From a virus (taxonomy: Duplodnaviria > Caudoviricetes), in the IMG/VR virus record IMGVR_UViG_3300006920_000048, positions 1-60,593 of that record: DNA of 60,593 bases; one strand, written 5' to 3'. Position numbers and translations under genes: made by a program. This document shows positions 9,864 to 18,999 of this stretch, in pieces (position 1 is the stretch's first letter; every line of letters starts with the position of its first letter). The notes under the pieces were generated by a model. It made no database searches, was not told the DNA's origin, and saw only the letters and a program-made list of their open reading frames with translations.

Positions 9864-10274
9864 CTAAGTTTTGGTTGGTTTGCGGATTGATAATTTTGAT
9901 TCTTTGAAGATGTTAACTCCTGGAGGCAAATCCCCTTCGTTATCTTCCATGTACTGTTTTATAGCATCTGCCTTTAAGCTTTTGCTGAGAAATATCAGGG
10001 GGTCATGGTCGTTCTCCTTTAAAAATTGCGTGAACTCGGCCCAATCACTGCAACCAGCTTTAATGCTTTCGGTTATTGTTGCTGTGCCAAACTCTTTGGA
10101 CTTGATGCTGTCACCACCTGTGGCAATGATCTGCTTCTTAAGCTCAGTGCCAATGGTGTCCATCTTGCTGGTGATGTCAGCCAGCTCTTCCTTGTGACGG
10201 GCAGTGATCTCTGCCTTGACATCTCGCATCTTTACATAAATTCTAATCAGTTTTGCTGAGTCTAACGTTGTCAT
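9864..10274 (-). CDS. Conserved phage coiled-coil protein of the replication module
   Basis: YVKMRD...GTAT...DW..F...LPPGVN pattern seen upstream of SSB genes in similar phages (recollection). Confidence 0.65.
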   Translation of the reverse strand: MTTLDSAKLIRIYVKMRDVKAEITARHKEELADITSKMDTIGTELKKQIIATGGDSIKSKEFGTATITESIKAGCSDWAEFTQFLKENDHDPLIFLSKSLKADAIKQYMEDNEGDLPPGVNIFKESKLSIRKPTKT

Positions 10275-10285
10275 AAGTAAATCCT

Positions 10286-10573
10286 CTAAGTGTGTGTTTG
10301 GTTGTTGAGATCTTTGTCATCAGCTACAACTATTCTAGTAACAACCACAGTTACAGGGATCATCTTTGTAATGTGATCAATCTCTGCACGTATTTCTCGA
10401 TCTTGAATCATTCCTGTGTGGGCTTGGGTTATATCGGTGGTTCTTCCACGTGAAACATGCTCACCTGTGTGGGTGTGTCTGATTGAAATAGTAAGAAACT
10501 CACGCTCCATTTGATTTGGTTTGGTGTCCGTGAACATATGCACATGTGTTTCTTTTCTATATTTGCTCATCAT
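10286..10573 (-). CDS. Hypothetical protein flanked by 19-bp direct repeats
   Basis: ORF with GAGG RBS; repeat tcataagtaaatcctctaa at 10271 and 10570. Confidence 0.65.
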   Translation of the reverse strand: MMSKYRKETHVHMFTDTKPNQMEREFLTISIRHTHTGEHVSRGRTTDITQAHTGMIQDREIRAEIDHITKMIPVTVVVTRIVVADDKDLNNQTHT

Positions 10574-10594
10574 AAGTAAATCCTCTAAAATGAC

Positions 10595-10623
10595 AGTATA
10601 CCACTATAGCAGAGTTACATCAA
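10595..10623 (-). promoter_or_regulatory. sigma70-like promoter TTGATG-N17-TATACT (extended -10)
   Basis: Minus strand cTTGATGtaactctgctatagtggTATACTgtcatttta. Confidence 0.65.
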
Positions 10624-12170
10624 GTGATGATACTGTCGTATAAATCTAAAATATTGGCTTGGCCTTCCTGCTTACCTTCAAGCATCTTGTAGATCGACCA
10701 CTCCAGCGGGTGTGCGCCCATCTCCACGATGGTCATCTTGCGGGTTTGACCTGCTCTGTTGAACCGCTCCACAACCTGAAGTGCTTCATCGTTGCTGTAG
10801 ATCGGTGCGTAGAAGATCAATGTATCTGCTTCTGTTAAATTCAACCCGTGTGCCATAACCTTTGGATGGCACGCGAGGACGTGAGGGTTGGTAAGTGTCT
10901 TGAACTCATTAATCACTTCCCTGCGCTTCTTAAACGACACATCACCATTGAGGACTGCACAAGAGTAATGCTTACCTATATCATCTGCCAGATGCTCGAT
11001 GATACCTTTGAATGGCACGACTACTATAACTTTGGCATTAGCTTCGGCAATACACTCTAGCAGAAGATCAAGCCTTGGCTTGTAATCGACAGGAAGATAT
11101 AACCCTGTTTCTGTGTCTTTGATAACACCACACATGAGCTGGCGCATTTTATTTACTTTGTCTGCTGCGTTTACTGCTGTGATCTTGTGGTTCTTGGCTT
11201 CCAGCACAGCCTCATTCTTCATGCGAGTGAACTGCTTGGACTGCTCTTTTGACAGAACACATGATCGCTTTGTCCTCACTACTGGTGGCAGATCAAGACA
11301 ATCCTTCTTCTTGAACAACACCGCTGGCTGAAGCACGTCGAACGCCATCTTCTCAGACCCTGGCTTCGGTTCCCATTTGTATGTAGACAACTGCTTCATG
11401 GTCTTAGACTTGAACTGCCCAAAGTACACAGGGACCTTACTCGGATCAACCAATCTAGCGAGCGCCCATGCGTCTGTTGGTGCGTTAGGGCATGGTGTTG
11501 CTGTCATAGGCCACACACGAGTGTGCTTCCTTATCAGGCTGTAGAACAGTTTATATTTAGATGTGGTGGCATTCCGGTAATCAGAAGCCTCATCCAATAT
11601 AAGTATGTCATGGTCTTTAGCAGCTCTAAGCTCCTCGATCACAACCTGTATACCCTCATGGTTGATGATGTAGAAGTCCGCGTCAGAGTTCAGTGCTGCA
11701 AGTCGCTTCTCCCTGCTGCCATACACCAGCACAGCCCTGCGATGCATTAGGACATTGAACACTTCCTCCATCCACACACATTCAAGAGTGGATAGCTTGG
11801 CAACGATCAACACCTTGCGCACCTTGCCTATCTTCATTAGGTAATCAGCAGCCCATAACGCGCTTGCTGTCTTGGCAGTGCCTGCTTCATTTAACACATG
11901 TATGCGTCTATGTAGTGTTAACCGCGCTGCTGTAATTTTCTGGTGATCCCAAGGCGCATACTTCCCTGGCCAATCATACTGAGTAAGTATTGGGCTAGGA
12001 GCCTTAACACCCATGTTATTGAGTATTATGGTCTCCTGAAGCCCATGCCTAACAGCAAGGTTGAATTGACCTATGTTTATCGGTTTCTGTCTGTTATGCA
12101 GGAATTGCTCATACTTACCTGGATCACGTACCCGCAGGAGGATACTCTTAGATGGTTCATGTATCTGCAT
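10620..12170 (-). CDS. SNF2-family (DEAD/H-like) helicase
   Basis: NEAGTAKT, ILDEAS, MTATP, AHGLNLT and RFNRAGQ helicase motifs. Confidence 0.9.
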   Translation of the reverse strand: MQIHEPSKSILLRVRDPGKYEQFLHNRQKPINIGQFNLAVRHGLQETIILNNMGVKAPSPILTQYDWPGKYAPWDHQKITAARLTLHRRIHVLNEAGTAKTASALWAADYLMKIGKVRKVLIVAKLSTLECVWMEEVFNVLMHRRAVLVYGSREKRLAALNSDADFYIINHEGIQVVIEELRAAKDHDILILDEASDYRNATTSKYKLFYSLIRKHTRVWPMTATPCPNAPTDAWALARLVDPSKVPVYFGQFKSKTMKQLSTYKWEPKPGSEKMAFDVLQPAVLFKKKDCLDLPPVVRTKRSCVLSKEQSKQFTRMKNEAVLEAKNHKITAVNAADKVNKMRQLMCGVIKDTETGLYLPVDYKPRLDLLLECIAEANAKVIVVVPFKGIIEHLADDIGKHYSCAVLNGDVSFKKRREVINEFKTLTNPHVLACHPKVMAHGLNLTEADTLIFYAPIYSNDEALQVVERFNRAGQTRKMTIVEMGAHPLEWSIYKMLEGKQEGQANILDLYDSIIT

Positions 12171-12468
12171 ATTGCTTATCGTGTTTTCCTAGCCATGACT
12201 GCAGCTCAAGCCAGCCTTCATGCTCGTTAATCATAAGAGTCGTACCACCAGCAGCATTGATATTACCTGCTGTGGTCACTTGACGATCAGTCATCTGTTT
12301 CTTGCCAGCCTTAAGTTCTATGGATAAGAACTGACCGTTGAAACAGATGATCACGTCAAGTGCTGGGGCGCCCATACCATTGCTTACAGGCCAGTACTGG
12401 TACAGGCTTTTTCCAAACGGCTCCAGCATATCCTTCAAACGTTTCTTGACTTTTCCCTCGGCTGTCAT
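12157..12468 (-). CDS. VRR-NUC nuclease
   Basis: MTAEGKVK...G..D.I.C..G.F..IELKAGK...T.RQ; start at 12468 is ATGA-coupled. Confidence 0.85.
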   Translation of the reverse strand: MTAEGKVKKRLKDMLEPFGKSLYQYWPVSNGMGAPALDVIICFNGQFLSIELKAGKKQMTDRQVTTAGNINAAGGTTLMINEHEGWLELQSWLGKHDKQYADT

Positions 12469-12722
12469 TTGATCACCAACAGCCCTACGTCTTTTAGTGA
12501 CAGGTTGACGTGATCTGGCAATACACCATGTTTGCCGACGTAACTTATGCGACACGATATGGTTCGACCTGTCTTAGCGTCTGCAGTATCTATCTCGTGG
12601 AAAGTTGCTGAATCACCAACCGCAAAATCACGGTCTCGTGTATGGCGCATATCCGCCCTCATATCACCGTCAACGACATGTTGGAAGTGACCGCTCCACA
12701 TCTTAAGATCATGGTGTGTCAT
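12465..12722 (-). CDS. ASCH/PUA-like (DUF3850-type) protein
   Basis: HDLKMW..HF..V..G...ADMR...DRDFAVGD...FHE pattern. Confidence 0.75.
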   Translation of the reverse strand: MTHHDLKMWSGHFQHVVDGDMRADMRHTRDRDFAVGDSATFHEIDTADAKTGRTISCRISYVGKHGVLPDHVNLSLKDVGLLVIK

Positions 12723-13203
12723 CGTCTTTCTCCTGAACTCGTTCGTTTAACAAAGAGTACCCAATGTCATCCACCCAGCTGTCATGGTGGTCAGGTGTTG
12801 TTTTCAGCCTCGCCATCTTCAACAATTTCATCATGATGCAAACATCCGTCGTTGTTACTGGACATCCAAGATGAGTTGACCAATAAGTGGCTATGGTTCT
12901 CAGGTTGGCACCTGGATCGCCATAAGTTTTCTCCCGGTCACCGTGGATAATCTCAACAGCTTCTTTAGCCATGCTAGAAGCTGGCACATTTAAATCGGTG
13001 TCGGGGTCTGATGCTATATCTCGCCGACCTATTTTTCTAAGCGAAGCTACAAGTCCTTGCAGGTTATCATTGGATGCAGATGCAACAGATCCCGTGTAAT
13101 TACTCGAATTGTAGAGCCTTATAATTCCGTCCATATCCGACGCGATTCCTAATTCAGCAAGCTCTCTTAAAAGCTCCTTTCTAACCATTGCTGTATGCAT
13201 CAC
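12709..13203 (-). CDS. DUF6378-like C-terminal domain protein
   Basis: GDREKTYGDP..N...IA..W...L...DV..MM.LLKMAR......HDSWVD.IGY. Confidence 0.75.
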   Translation of the reverse strand: MMHTAMVRKELLRELAELGIASDMDGIIRLYNSSNYTGSVASASNDNLQGLVASLRKIGRRDIASDPDTDLNVPASSMAKEAVEIIHGDREKTYGDPGANLRTIATYWSTHLGCPVTTTDVCIMMKLLKMARLKTTPDHHDSWVDDIGYSLLNERVQEKDDDTP

Positions 13204-13889
13204 CTGTTCCTCCCGTTATGCTCACAAGCTGTCACATCACAGTATTTCTGACACAAGCCGGACTTCTTTTCCGGCCAGCTGTCGGTGAGGAAAGCTTCTC
13301 TAAGTCGTTTAAGATCCGGTGTAAAGGCTTCCCAAAGCTTGGCTAAGTCTTTGCGATGGTAAGTCTTCGAGGTACTATCGTTATATGCCAACCACTCGAA
13401 CCGGGTGTGAACTGTCTGAATGGCAGGGTAGTGGTAAAACACCAGTATGGCAAACAGTTGTAGCTGCTTAACGTCAGGCTTAACCTTTCCCGATTTCCAG
13501 TCAATAATTGTCGCCGTTGTGCCGTCCGGGTGGAAGGCTAGTAAATCAAGGATACCTCGAAGCCATGTGTCTTTATCGAAGTACCCGCATGGTTTGAGCT
13601 TGCGGTTAAGGCTTGACTTGCCTTCCGCTACGAGGTCACAGCCCTGATCAGTAAGCTCGTCAAGAATACCTAGAACCCTGTCGGTCATGACTTTGGTGAG
13701 TGCGTCACTTTTTGCAAGGTCTATCTTGTTGCCGACATGATCCTCAGTAGGCTTGTGAACCCGATCACCCCACTTGGCTTCTGGGCCTTGTACATAAGGG
13801 TAATTTTTGGCCACTGACATCTCAAAGTACTGTCTGGCACAAGTGTTGAACTGGTTAAGTGCTGAGAAGCTCCAGGCTTTAGGTCTCAT
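13200..13889 (-). CDS. PD-(D/E)XK exonuclease (Cas4/RecB-like)
   Basis: WSFSAL..F..C, RGILDL, IIDWKSGK, QLQLFA and C-terminal LC..YC....C. Confidence 0.85.
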   Translation of the reverse strand: MRPKAWSFSALNQFNTCARQYFEMSVAKNYPYVQGPEAKWGDRVHKPTEDHVGNKIDLAKSDALTKVMTDRVLGILDELTDQGCDLVAEGKSSLNRKLKPCGYFDKDTWLRGILDLLAFHPDGTTATIIDWKSGKVKPDVKQLQLFAILVFYHYPAIQTVHTRFEWLAYNDSTSKTYHRKDLAKLWEAFTPDLKRLREAFLTDSWPEKKSGLCQKYCDVTACEHNGRNR

Positions 13890-14164
13890 TTCATGTACTC
13901 GCTGACTGGTACAAAGCCTCTGGCGCGATCATAGATAGAAGCAATCACACTCAACTCTTCACCGACAGTCTGCATGTGGTTACGCTTGATGCGCTCAGCT
14001 CTTGGCCTAACCTCCACACCTTTGTGGTTTGTGTAGCCTGAGTGCCGGCGATTGTACCGCTGCACAGCACGTAACTGCTCACGCATACTGCCTTGGCCTT
14101 TCTTTGTTGCCTGACCTAAAGGTCTGCCACGAACCACGGTTTTTGATTTCTTCATCTTTGACAT
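13886..14164 (-). CDS. Basic hypothetical protein
   Basis: AGGAG RBS; translationally coupled to next gene. Confidence 0.65.
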   Translation of the reverse strand: MSKMKKSKTVVRGRPLGQATKKGQGSMREQLRAVQRYNRRHSGYTNHKGVEVRPRAERIKRNHMQTVGEELSVIASIYDRARGFVPVSEYMK

Positions 14165-14174
14165 AATATTTCTC

Positions 14175-14423
14175 CTATCCTATACACTCACGACCTAGCC
14201 TCAGATTATCCATGAGGGTGTCGTTACATGTGGGGTTATTTTTACGATGCCATCTGCGCATCTGCCTGCGTTGCTTAGAGTTGCCTGGGAAATCTGAGTG
14301 CATACATCTTGGTCTGCTATCGTCTACCTCGTCAGACCATGAATCAGGGTCGTTTAACTTTCTAGCTATACGCCGAAGCTTCTTCAGTGTTACCACACTA
14401 ACCTCCTTTTTTAATCGCTCCAT
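14175..14423 (-). CDS. Hypothetical protein (start uncertain)
   Basis: Fills operon gap; alternative GTG start behind AGGAGG near 14395. Confidence 0.5.
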   Translation of the reverse strand: MERLKKEVSVVTLKKLRRIARKLNDPDSWSDEVDDSRPRCMHSDFPGNSKQRRQMRRWHRKNNPTCNDTLMDNLRLGRECIG

Positions 14424-14676
14424 TTTTGGTACGAGCGAAGCTCCTGTTCTTGCTAGGCGCTTGTGCTCGTAAATTGCTTGGTGTGTTACCACCACCCTTG
14501 CTTAAAGGTTTGGCGTGATCGACATCCTGCCCCTTCTTGACTGCACCTTTCTTAAGCATGTCACGTCTTGCTTGCTTGCGTTTGGCATTGTCACCACCGG
14601 GACTGGACTCTCCACGTTCAATCTGTGTCTTGCGTTCTTGCTTATAGTCACGTACATAATTCGGGCTGCTTGGCAT
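14398..14676 (-). CDS. Small HNH-like endonuclease
   Basis: RDYKQE...DVDHAKPLSKGG.N..SNLR......NRS. Confidence 0.8.
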   Translation of the reverse strand: MPSSPNYVRDYKQERKTQIERGESSPGGDNAKRKQARRDMLKKGAVKKGQDVDHAKPLSKGGGNTPSNLRAQAPSKNRSFARTKNGAIKKGG

Positions 14677-14705
14677 GATTGTCTCCTTGGTAAATCATCA
14701 GTATA

Positions 14706-14942
14706 TCAGGTATCTGCTTCAGCCTTAATCTCTGCATATGACTTCTTAGAGAGCTTCCAGTTGTTCTTCAAAAGGGTCTCCTTAGATAGATCCGTCTCAA
14801 ATTTAACGCGACTCTTTTCAGGTGTGTGTAAGTTGGTGACTACACCCTTCTGAGTCTCTGCGTCGTACGACAGAACTTGGTACTCAAGACTGTAAGCACT
14901 AGATCGCTTGTTGGTTGTCGTGTTGTGCAGGTATAATTTCAC
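14706..14942 (-). CDS. Hypothetical protein
   Basis: AGGAG RBS; GTGA overlap with upstream gene. Confidence 0.65.
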   Translation of the reverse strand: MKLYLHNTTTNKRSSAYSLEYQVLSYDAETQKGVVTNLHTPEKSRVKFETDLSKETLLKNNWKLSKKSYAEIKAEADT

Positions 14943-15220
14943 AATTTCTCCTGTTTAATATACGCTTCAAGTATTTTTATGCTCTCCTCCATATCTCGTA
15001 TGTGCCTAAACGCTTCTGCTGGAGCATCACCGGACTTAATAGCAGCCATCAATTCACGCTTTGTGTGATATGCCAGCTGTATGGTATTTGTATAAAACTC
15101 TTTTGCTGCAGCCCTTTGAGCCTTAGTCTTCAATTCCATCACAGGAACTACATACTCTGGTGGCGGCTTACTTGTCATAATCAAATACACCTTCTTGGTT
15201 GGTTGAAAATCCCTTTCCAT
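14939..15220 (-). CDS. Hypothetical protein
   Basis: ORF in operon; start uncertain. Confidence 0.6.
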   Translation of the reverse strand: MERDFQPTKKVYLIMTSKPPPEYVVPVMELKTKAQRAAAKEFYTNTIQLAYHTKRELMAAIKSGDAPAEAFRHIRDMEESIKILEAYIKQEKL

Positions 15221-15422
15221 CCACTGGAACCCACACCTGTTCTTCTACCTGGATGAACTTATTTACTTTCTTGGTGTCCCTGTCCTTTCGTACAACCACT
15301 TTGGCCACCGGAGGGTTCGTGAATCTGACGTTGTCGCTGGCACATGCTGGCGGTATAAAACTAAGCACAAGAGCGCCTGTTATAACTCCACATATCCACG
15401 GGAAAAGTGTTCCTTCTTTCAT
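15168..15422 (-). CDS. Small protein with N-terminal TM/signal segment
   Basis: MKEGTLFPWICGVITGALVLSFIPPA; AGGAG RBS; TGATG coupling to polymerase stop. Confidence 0.6.
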   Translation of the reverse strand: MKEGTLFPWICGVITGALVLSFIPPACASDNVRFTNPPVAKVVVRKDRDTKKVNKFIQVEEQVWVPVDGKGFSTNQEGVFDYDK

Positions 15423-18172
15423 CAATCTACTCCTTTTAAAGTTCCCCAAGTCTTACCTAACTTGGCATCAACTGGCAGTGGTATTGCAGGTGTCCACCCC
15501 CAGGCTTTTTGGTACGGTAAATTACTTAATACTTTCTTCATGTGCCTCACTTTCTGCTCCGCCTTGCCATCATCCTTGACGAATGTGAACAGTGCGTCAT
15601 GCAAATCCCATGCGTATATGTGATCAGCGTCAAAGTAATTGCGAGCTACTGCGATAGCAAGAGCTTTCATACATCCTCCAGACCCTTGAATGGGGAAGTT
15701 GATAGCAGTCTGTTGCTGATCCCATCGTGTAAGATCCCACAGCTTGATCCTTCTATGTCCGCGTGTCTCAGCGTACCCTTGTGTTGCCGCCTTGCGCTGT
15801 GCTTCTTTCCAATATTTAGGAACACCAGGATACGTGCGCAGGTACGTCTTCTTTATATGGTCAGCCTTGGCTCTCCAAAGCTGTAGTCCGTAGCCAGTTA
15901 GCGCACGAGACATTAATGACTCTACACCAATTCGGTATTGAAGTGAAAGGTTAGCGAATTTGCCCATGTTTCGGACTTCCTTAGCCAACGGATCAGTGTC
16001 TGCTTTGGTGCGCACCCACTCATAGTCTTTGCCTTCAATGTTGGCACCCATGTAAGCATGACCATCACCACCAGTCTCAAACAATTCAAGCATGGTCTCA
16101 TCTTCCGATTCACATGCCATCAATCGCATCTCTTGACCAGAGAAATCGAATTCAGCCAGCAAGTATCCAGGAGGTGCTCTCAACAGATTGCGAGCATTAG
16201 GCCCCCGCTCCCATTGGTGCAACGCTATACCTGTCTGGCATATGTTCTTGCCTTTACCTTGCGTCGATGAGTAGGTAAAGCGCCCTGAATTTCCAGTTAC
16301 AAATATTGTACCTTTGCTTCTAGCCAGCCAGTAACCTGTTTTGGTGCTTGTGCAGTAGGTTTTGATTGGCCCACTTACATACTTTACATGTCGATTGTGT
16401 ATCTGTGCAATCGGTCTGATGTGAGCCTCAGAAACATGTAACTCATAAATCCCTTTGTATGGCTGGTGTAGCCTTCCTTTCAGACCTGACAGATGCGCTG
16501 CTGTGTGCATCCACACAGCATTGGACTCAGAGTTAGTACTGTACTTGAAGCCTCCATCTTGATGAGGTGATCCATCCCAATACTTAGACTCCATTACAAA
16601 ACTTCTAAGACCTTCTTGTGTTGTGTCTAAAACCCAAGGGCCAAGGAACTTCTTGTCAGCGGTCATCCATGCAGGTATACACCCCTTGAAAATCGTTATG
16701 GTTGTCCTGTCTGAAAATTCATTCTTGCCTCTGTTCGCGTTATAGTCGATGGCATTGGCCTCTAATAACTCACGTAATCTCTCTATCTTGCGACCCTTCT
16801 TTAACGTGAATTTCACTCTGTATCTGCCAATATCCCACCAAGCATCTGCCTGAATAGCGCACAACAACCTCATTTGAGGGGGTGTTAGAGATCCGTTGAG
16901 TGTGGCAATGCCTGACACCGGCACGTCAACTCTGTGATTAATCAAAAATCCAGCTGTCTTGTCTTGCCATTTCTCGTATTTCTGCGATAGCGTGGGTATT
17001 TTATGGTTGTGTGTAAAATCACATCTCATACCTGGGTGGTTGACAGACACCATACCGTCAACAAGTCCACCATCAACTCTGTCAGCGTGTAAGAATTCTA
17101 TCTGTAGCTTGTCATCAACCTGGGCAATAACACCACCTTGCCAGTCATCTAGTCTTCTCCAGCCATCTGTAGTCAACACCTCAACATCACCTGGTACGCA
17201 ATATGTGCCAGACATGAAAGGTGATGGGTATGTTATAGGGCCTTTGTTGTACTCAGCACTCTTGCGCACCCCGCCGATAAACTTACTTGACTGCGTGTTG
17301 CACTTGCGCATGGCCATAAGTGCTCCGAACCGGAGATCCTCCGGGTGTTCAATTGATAGCTTAAGCAGTGTTTCTTTATCTGTAGATGCGTTGCCTGACG
17401 CGGATGTCTTTATGGGTGTATAACCCCAGCCATCAAACACCAGCGTGCGTAGCTTGGCAGGTGATCTTATTGTGGCCATCTCAATACCAGCAGCGTCAAG
17501 TGTAGCAATGGCAGCACGTGCTCTAACATCCTCTTCAAACGGTTCTAAGGCGTCAAGGTTAAGGGCGATGCCTGTTATGGCAGATAAAGCCACATCAGGT
17601 ATGCCATAACACTCAATAATAAGGCCGCGTATCTCGTCATTGGTCATAGTAGTCAGATACATTTGCGTAAGCTTGGCGGTGAACTTGGAGTCGCGCATGT
17701 TATAGATCAACAGATCTCGCCACTCTTCCTCTGTCTCAGGTACTTTTATATCTTGAATACCATAATCGGCAAACTGCGGCCATATTCTCTTGACTTCTTC
17801 CTTGAGGCCATACCCTACACCGCCAAACTGTTTGGCCTTCCAGCCATCAACCCGTTTGAGCGCGAGCATGCCATCCAACCACATGCACTGCTTAACCTCA
17901 TCAGTCAGATCAATGGCGCATAACCATGCCACATCGAACACTACATTCCAACCCACAAGGGTATACTCTTTCTCAGCTGCGTACACCAAAAATTTTCTTA
18001 GTGTCTCCTTTGATGGCATACATTTGGCGCATTTTATTCTACCATCCTGGCTGTTAGGAGACCACGCAGCGAATGACTTTATTGTAGCCTCACCTGTCTT
18101 GGCACGCCATGGTTGAAGTCCGTACTCCCTGACCTCTTGAGGTGTTTCCAAATCAAATCCACAAAGTTTCAT
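15422..18172 (-). CDS. polA: Family A DNA polymerase with 3'-5' exonuclease, interrupted by an intein
   Basis: ExoI FDLET, ExoII WNVVFD, ExoIII YNMRD; motif A DFSGQEMR, motif B R..GKFANLSLQY, motif C LHDAL. Confidence 0.92.
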   Translation of the reverse strand: MKLCGFDLETPQEVREYGLQPWRAKTGEATIKSFAAWSPNSQDGRIKCAKCMPSKETLRKFLVYAAEKEYTLVGWNVVFDVAWLCAIDLTDEVKQCMWLDGMLALKRVDGWKAKQFGGVGYGLKEEVKRIWPQFADYGIQDIKVPETEEEWRDLLIYNMRDSKFTAKLTQMYLTTMTNDEIRGLIIECYGIPDVALSAITGIALNLDALEPFEEDVRARAAIATLDAAGIEMATIRSPAKLRTLVFDGWGYTPIKTSASGNASTDKETLLKLSIEHPEDLRFGALMAMRKCNTQSSKFIGGVRKSAEYNKGPITYPSPFMSGTYCVPGDVEVLTTDGWRRLDDWQGGVIAQVDDKLQIEFLHADRVDGGLVDGMVSVNHPGMRCDFTHNHKIPTLSQKYEKWQDKTAGFLINHRVDVPVSGIATLNGSLTPPQMRLLCAIQADAWWDIGRYRVKFTLKKGRKIERLRELLEANAIDYNANRGKNEFSDRTTITIFKGCIPAWMTADKKFLGPWVLDTTQEGLRSFVMESKYWDGSPHQDGGFKYSTNSESNAVWMHTAAHLSGLKGRLHQPYKGIYELHVSEAHIRPIAQIHNRHVKYVSGPIKTYCTSTKTGYWLARSKGTIFVTGNSGRFTYSSTQGKGKNICQTGIALHQWERGPNARNLLRAPPGYLLAEFDFSGQEMRLMACESEDETMLELFETGGDGHAYMGANIEGKDYEWVRTKADTDPLAKEVRNMGKFANLSLQYRIGVESLMSRALTGYGLQLWRAKADHIKKTYLRTYPGVPKYWKEAQRKAATQGYAETRGHRRIKLWDLTRWDQQQTAINFPIQGSGGCMKALAIAVARNYFDADHIYAWDLHDALFTFVKDDGKAEQKVRHMKKVLSNLPYQKAWGWTPAIPLPVDAKLGKTWGTLKGVD
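16289..17200 (-). mobile_element. Intein (304 aa) with LAGLIDADG-like homing endonuclease
   Basis: Starts CVPGDVEVLTTDGW, block B FTHNHKI, LCAIQADA and KYWDGS helices, ends IFVTGN followed by Ser; removal restores GTY-SGRFTYSS. Confidence 0.9.
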
Positions 18173-18384
18173 GGTGTTATCCCTATCGTGCCGTTTATAG
18201 TAAGTGTATCGCCGTCAAACTCAAACTCACACCCAGGCATCTCAGTGCGCAGCATTCTTTTGAAGTCCATCAACTGATTGGAGTCCCTCAATGCAAGCGG
18301 GTCGCTTGGTGTTACGGCTTGTCTGTGGTGATCATGAGCCACAATATGTGACCACGCCGATCTTATCAACTCTAAATCACTCAA
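18169..18384 (-). CDS. Small protein, INGCI-motif family member 9
   Basis: SDLELIRSAW ... TLTINGTIGI. Confidence 0.65.
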   Translation of the reverse strand: MSDLELIRSAWSHIVAHDHHRQAVTPSDPLALRDSNQLMDFKRMLRTEMPGCEFEFDGDTLTINGTIGITP

Positions 18385-18608
18385 GGGTGTCTCCTTATAA
18401 CCATGTACTCTCTAAATTCCATGTCTCTATCAAGCAAACGCTCAGTCTTTCCAAACATGGTGACGTTGTGCCTCTTGCCCCAAGCATATGCCGCTCTCAA
18501 TGCCTTCATAGCGTAAGTTCTGTCACCGCCAGCGCCGATTAAAATCTTCAAAGGGAGTTCTTTGGTGACATCTTTGAAATTATACTTAGGTCGTGGTGAT
18601 GGAGACAT
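18381..18608 (-). CDS. Small basic protein, probable DNA-binding regulator
   Basis: RPKYNF...AAYAWGKRH..F pattern; first gene after promoter at 18633. Confidence 0.6.
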   Translation of the reverse strand: MSPSPRPKYNFKDVTKELPLKILIGAGGDRTYAMKALRAAYAWGKRHNVTMFGKTERLLDRDMEFREYMVIRRHP

Positions 18609-18632
18609 TGGAGTTCCTTGTGTTAAAATGAC

Positions 18633-18661
18633 ATTGTATCACAGTTCTTTAGTATCATCAA
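18633..18661 (-). promoter_or_regulatory. sigma70-like promoter TTGATG-N17-TACAAT (extended -10)
   Basis: Minus strand cTTGATGatactaaagaactgtgaTACAATgtcatttta; same flanks as promoter at 10595. Confidence 0.65.
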
Positions 18662-18830
18662 GACGTGCCCACATTATGCAGTTGTTGATTACCCACACCG
18701 AACAGCTGCTGACCTTAACTGTGTGACCTGTGTCACGCAGCTTTCTTATGCACATCATCCATGCGGCGAGATCACCTGAAGTAAACTGCACCTCAGCCTT
18801 GTCCAACTTCGTGAAGATATCATCACGCAT
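18639..18830 (-). CDS. Small protein, INGCI-motif family member 8
   Basis: MRDDIFTKLD ... VWVINNCIMW; start trimmed to ATG 18830. Confidence 0.65.
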   Translation of the reverse strand: MRDDIFTKLDKAEVQFTSGDLAAWMMCIRKLRDTGHTVKVSSCSVWVINNCIMWARLDDTKEL

Positions 18831-18999
18831 TTCGACCTTCTTCGTGCAGTAATATACAACCATTAATAACCCACAACCCTTTACCGTTGTATTTTGCTGT
18901 GATGCCAAACTCACCAAGCTCACTCTCGAACAAACCCCACCATTGATCACCGTAGTAAGAGACGTGATCGTCAATCATCTTAAACAAGTCAACCATCAT
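18823..18999 (-). CDS. Small protein, INGCI-motif family member 7
   Basis: MMVDLFKMID ... LWVINGCILLHEEGRNA; start trimmed to ATG 18999. Confidence 0.7.
   Translation of the reverse strand: MMVDLFKMIDDHVSYYGDQWWGLFESELGEFGITAKYNGKGLWVINGCILLHEEGRNA

Noticed and set aside
13200-13889. Cas4 as a sign of a CRISPR system
   Set aside because: Stand-alone PD-(D/E)XK nucleases are routine in phage replication modules; no array or cas1/cas2
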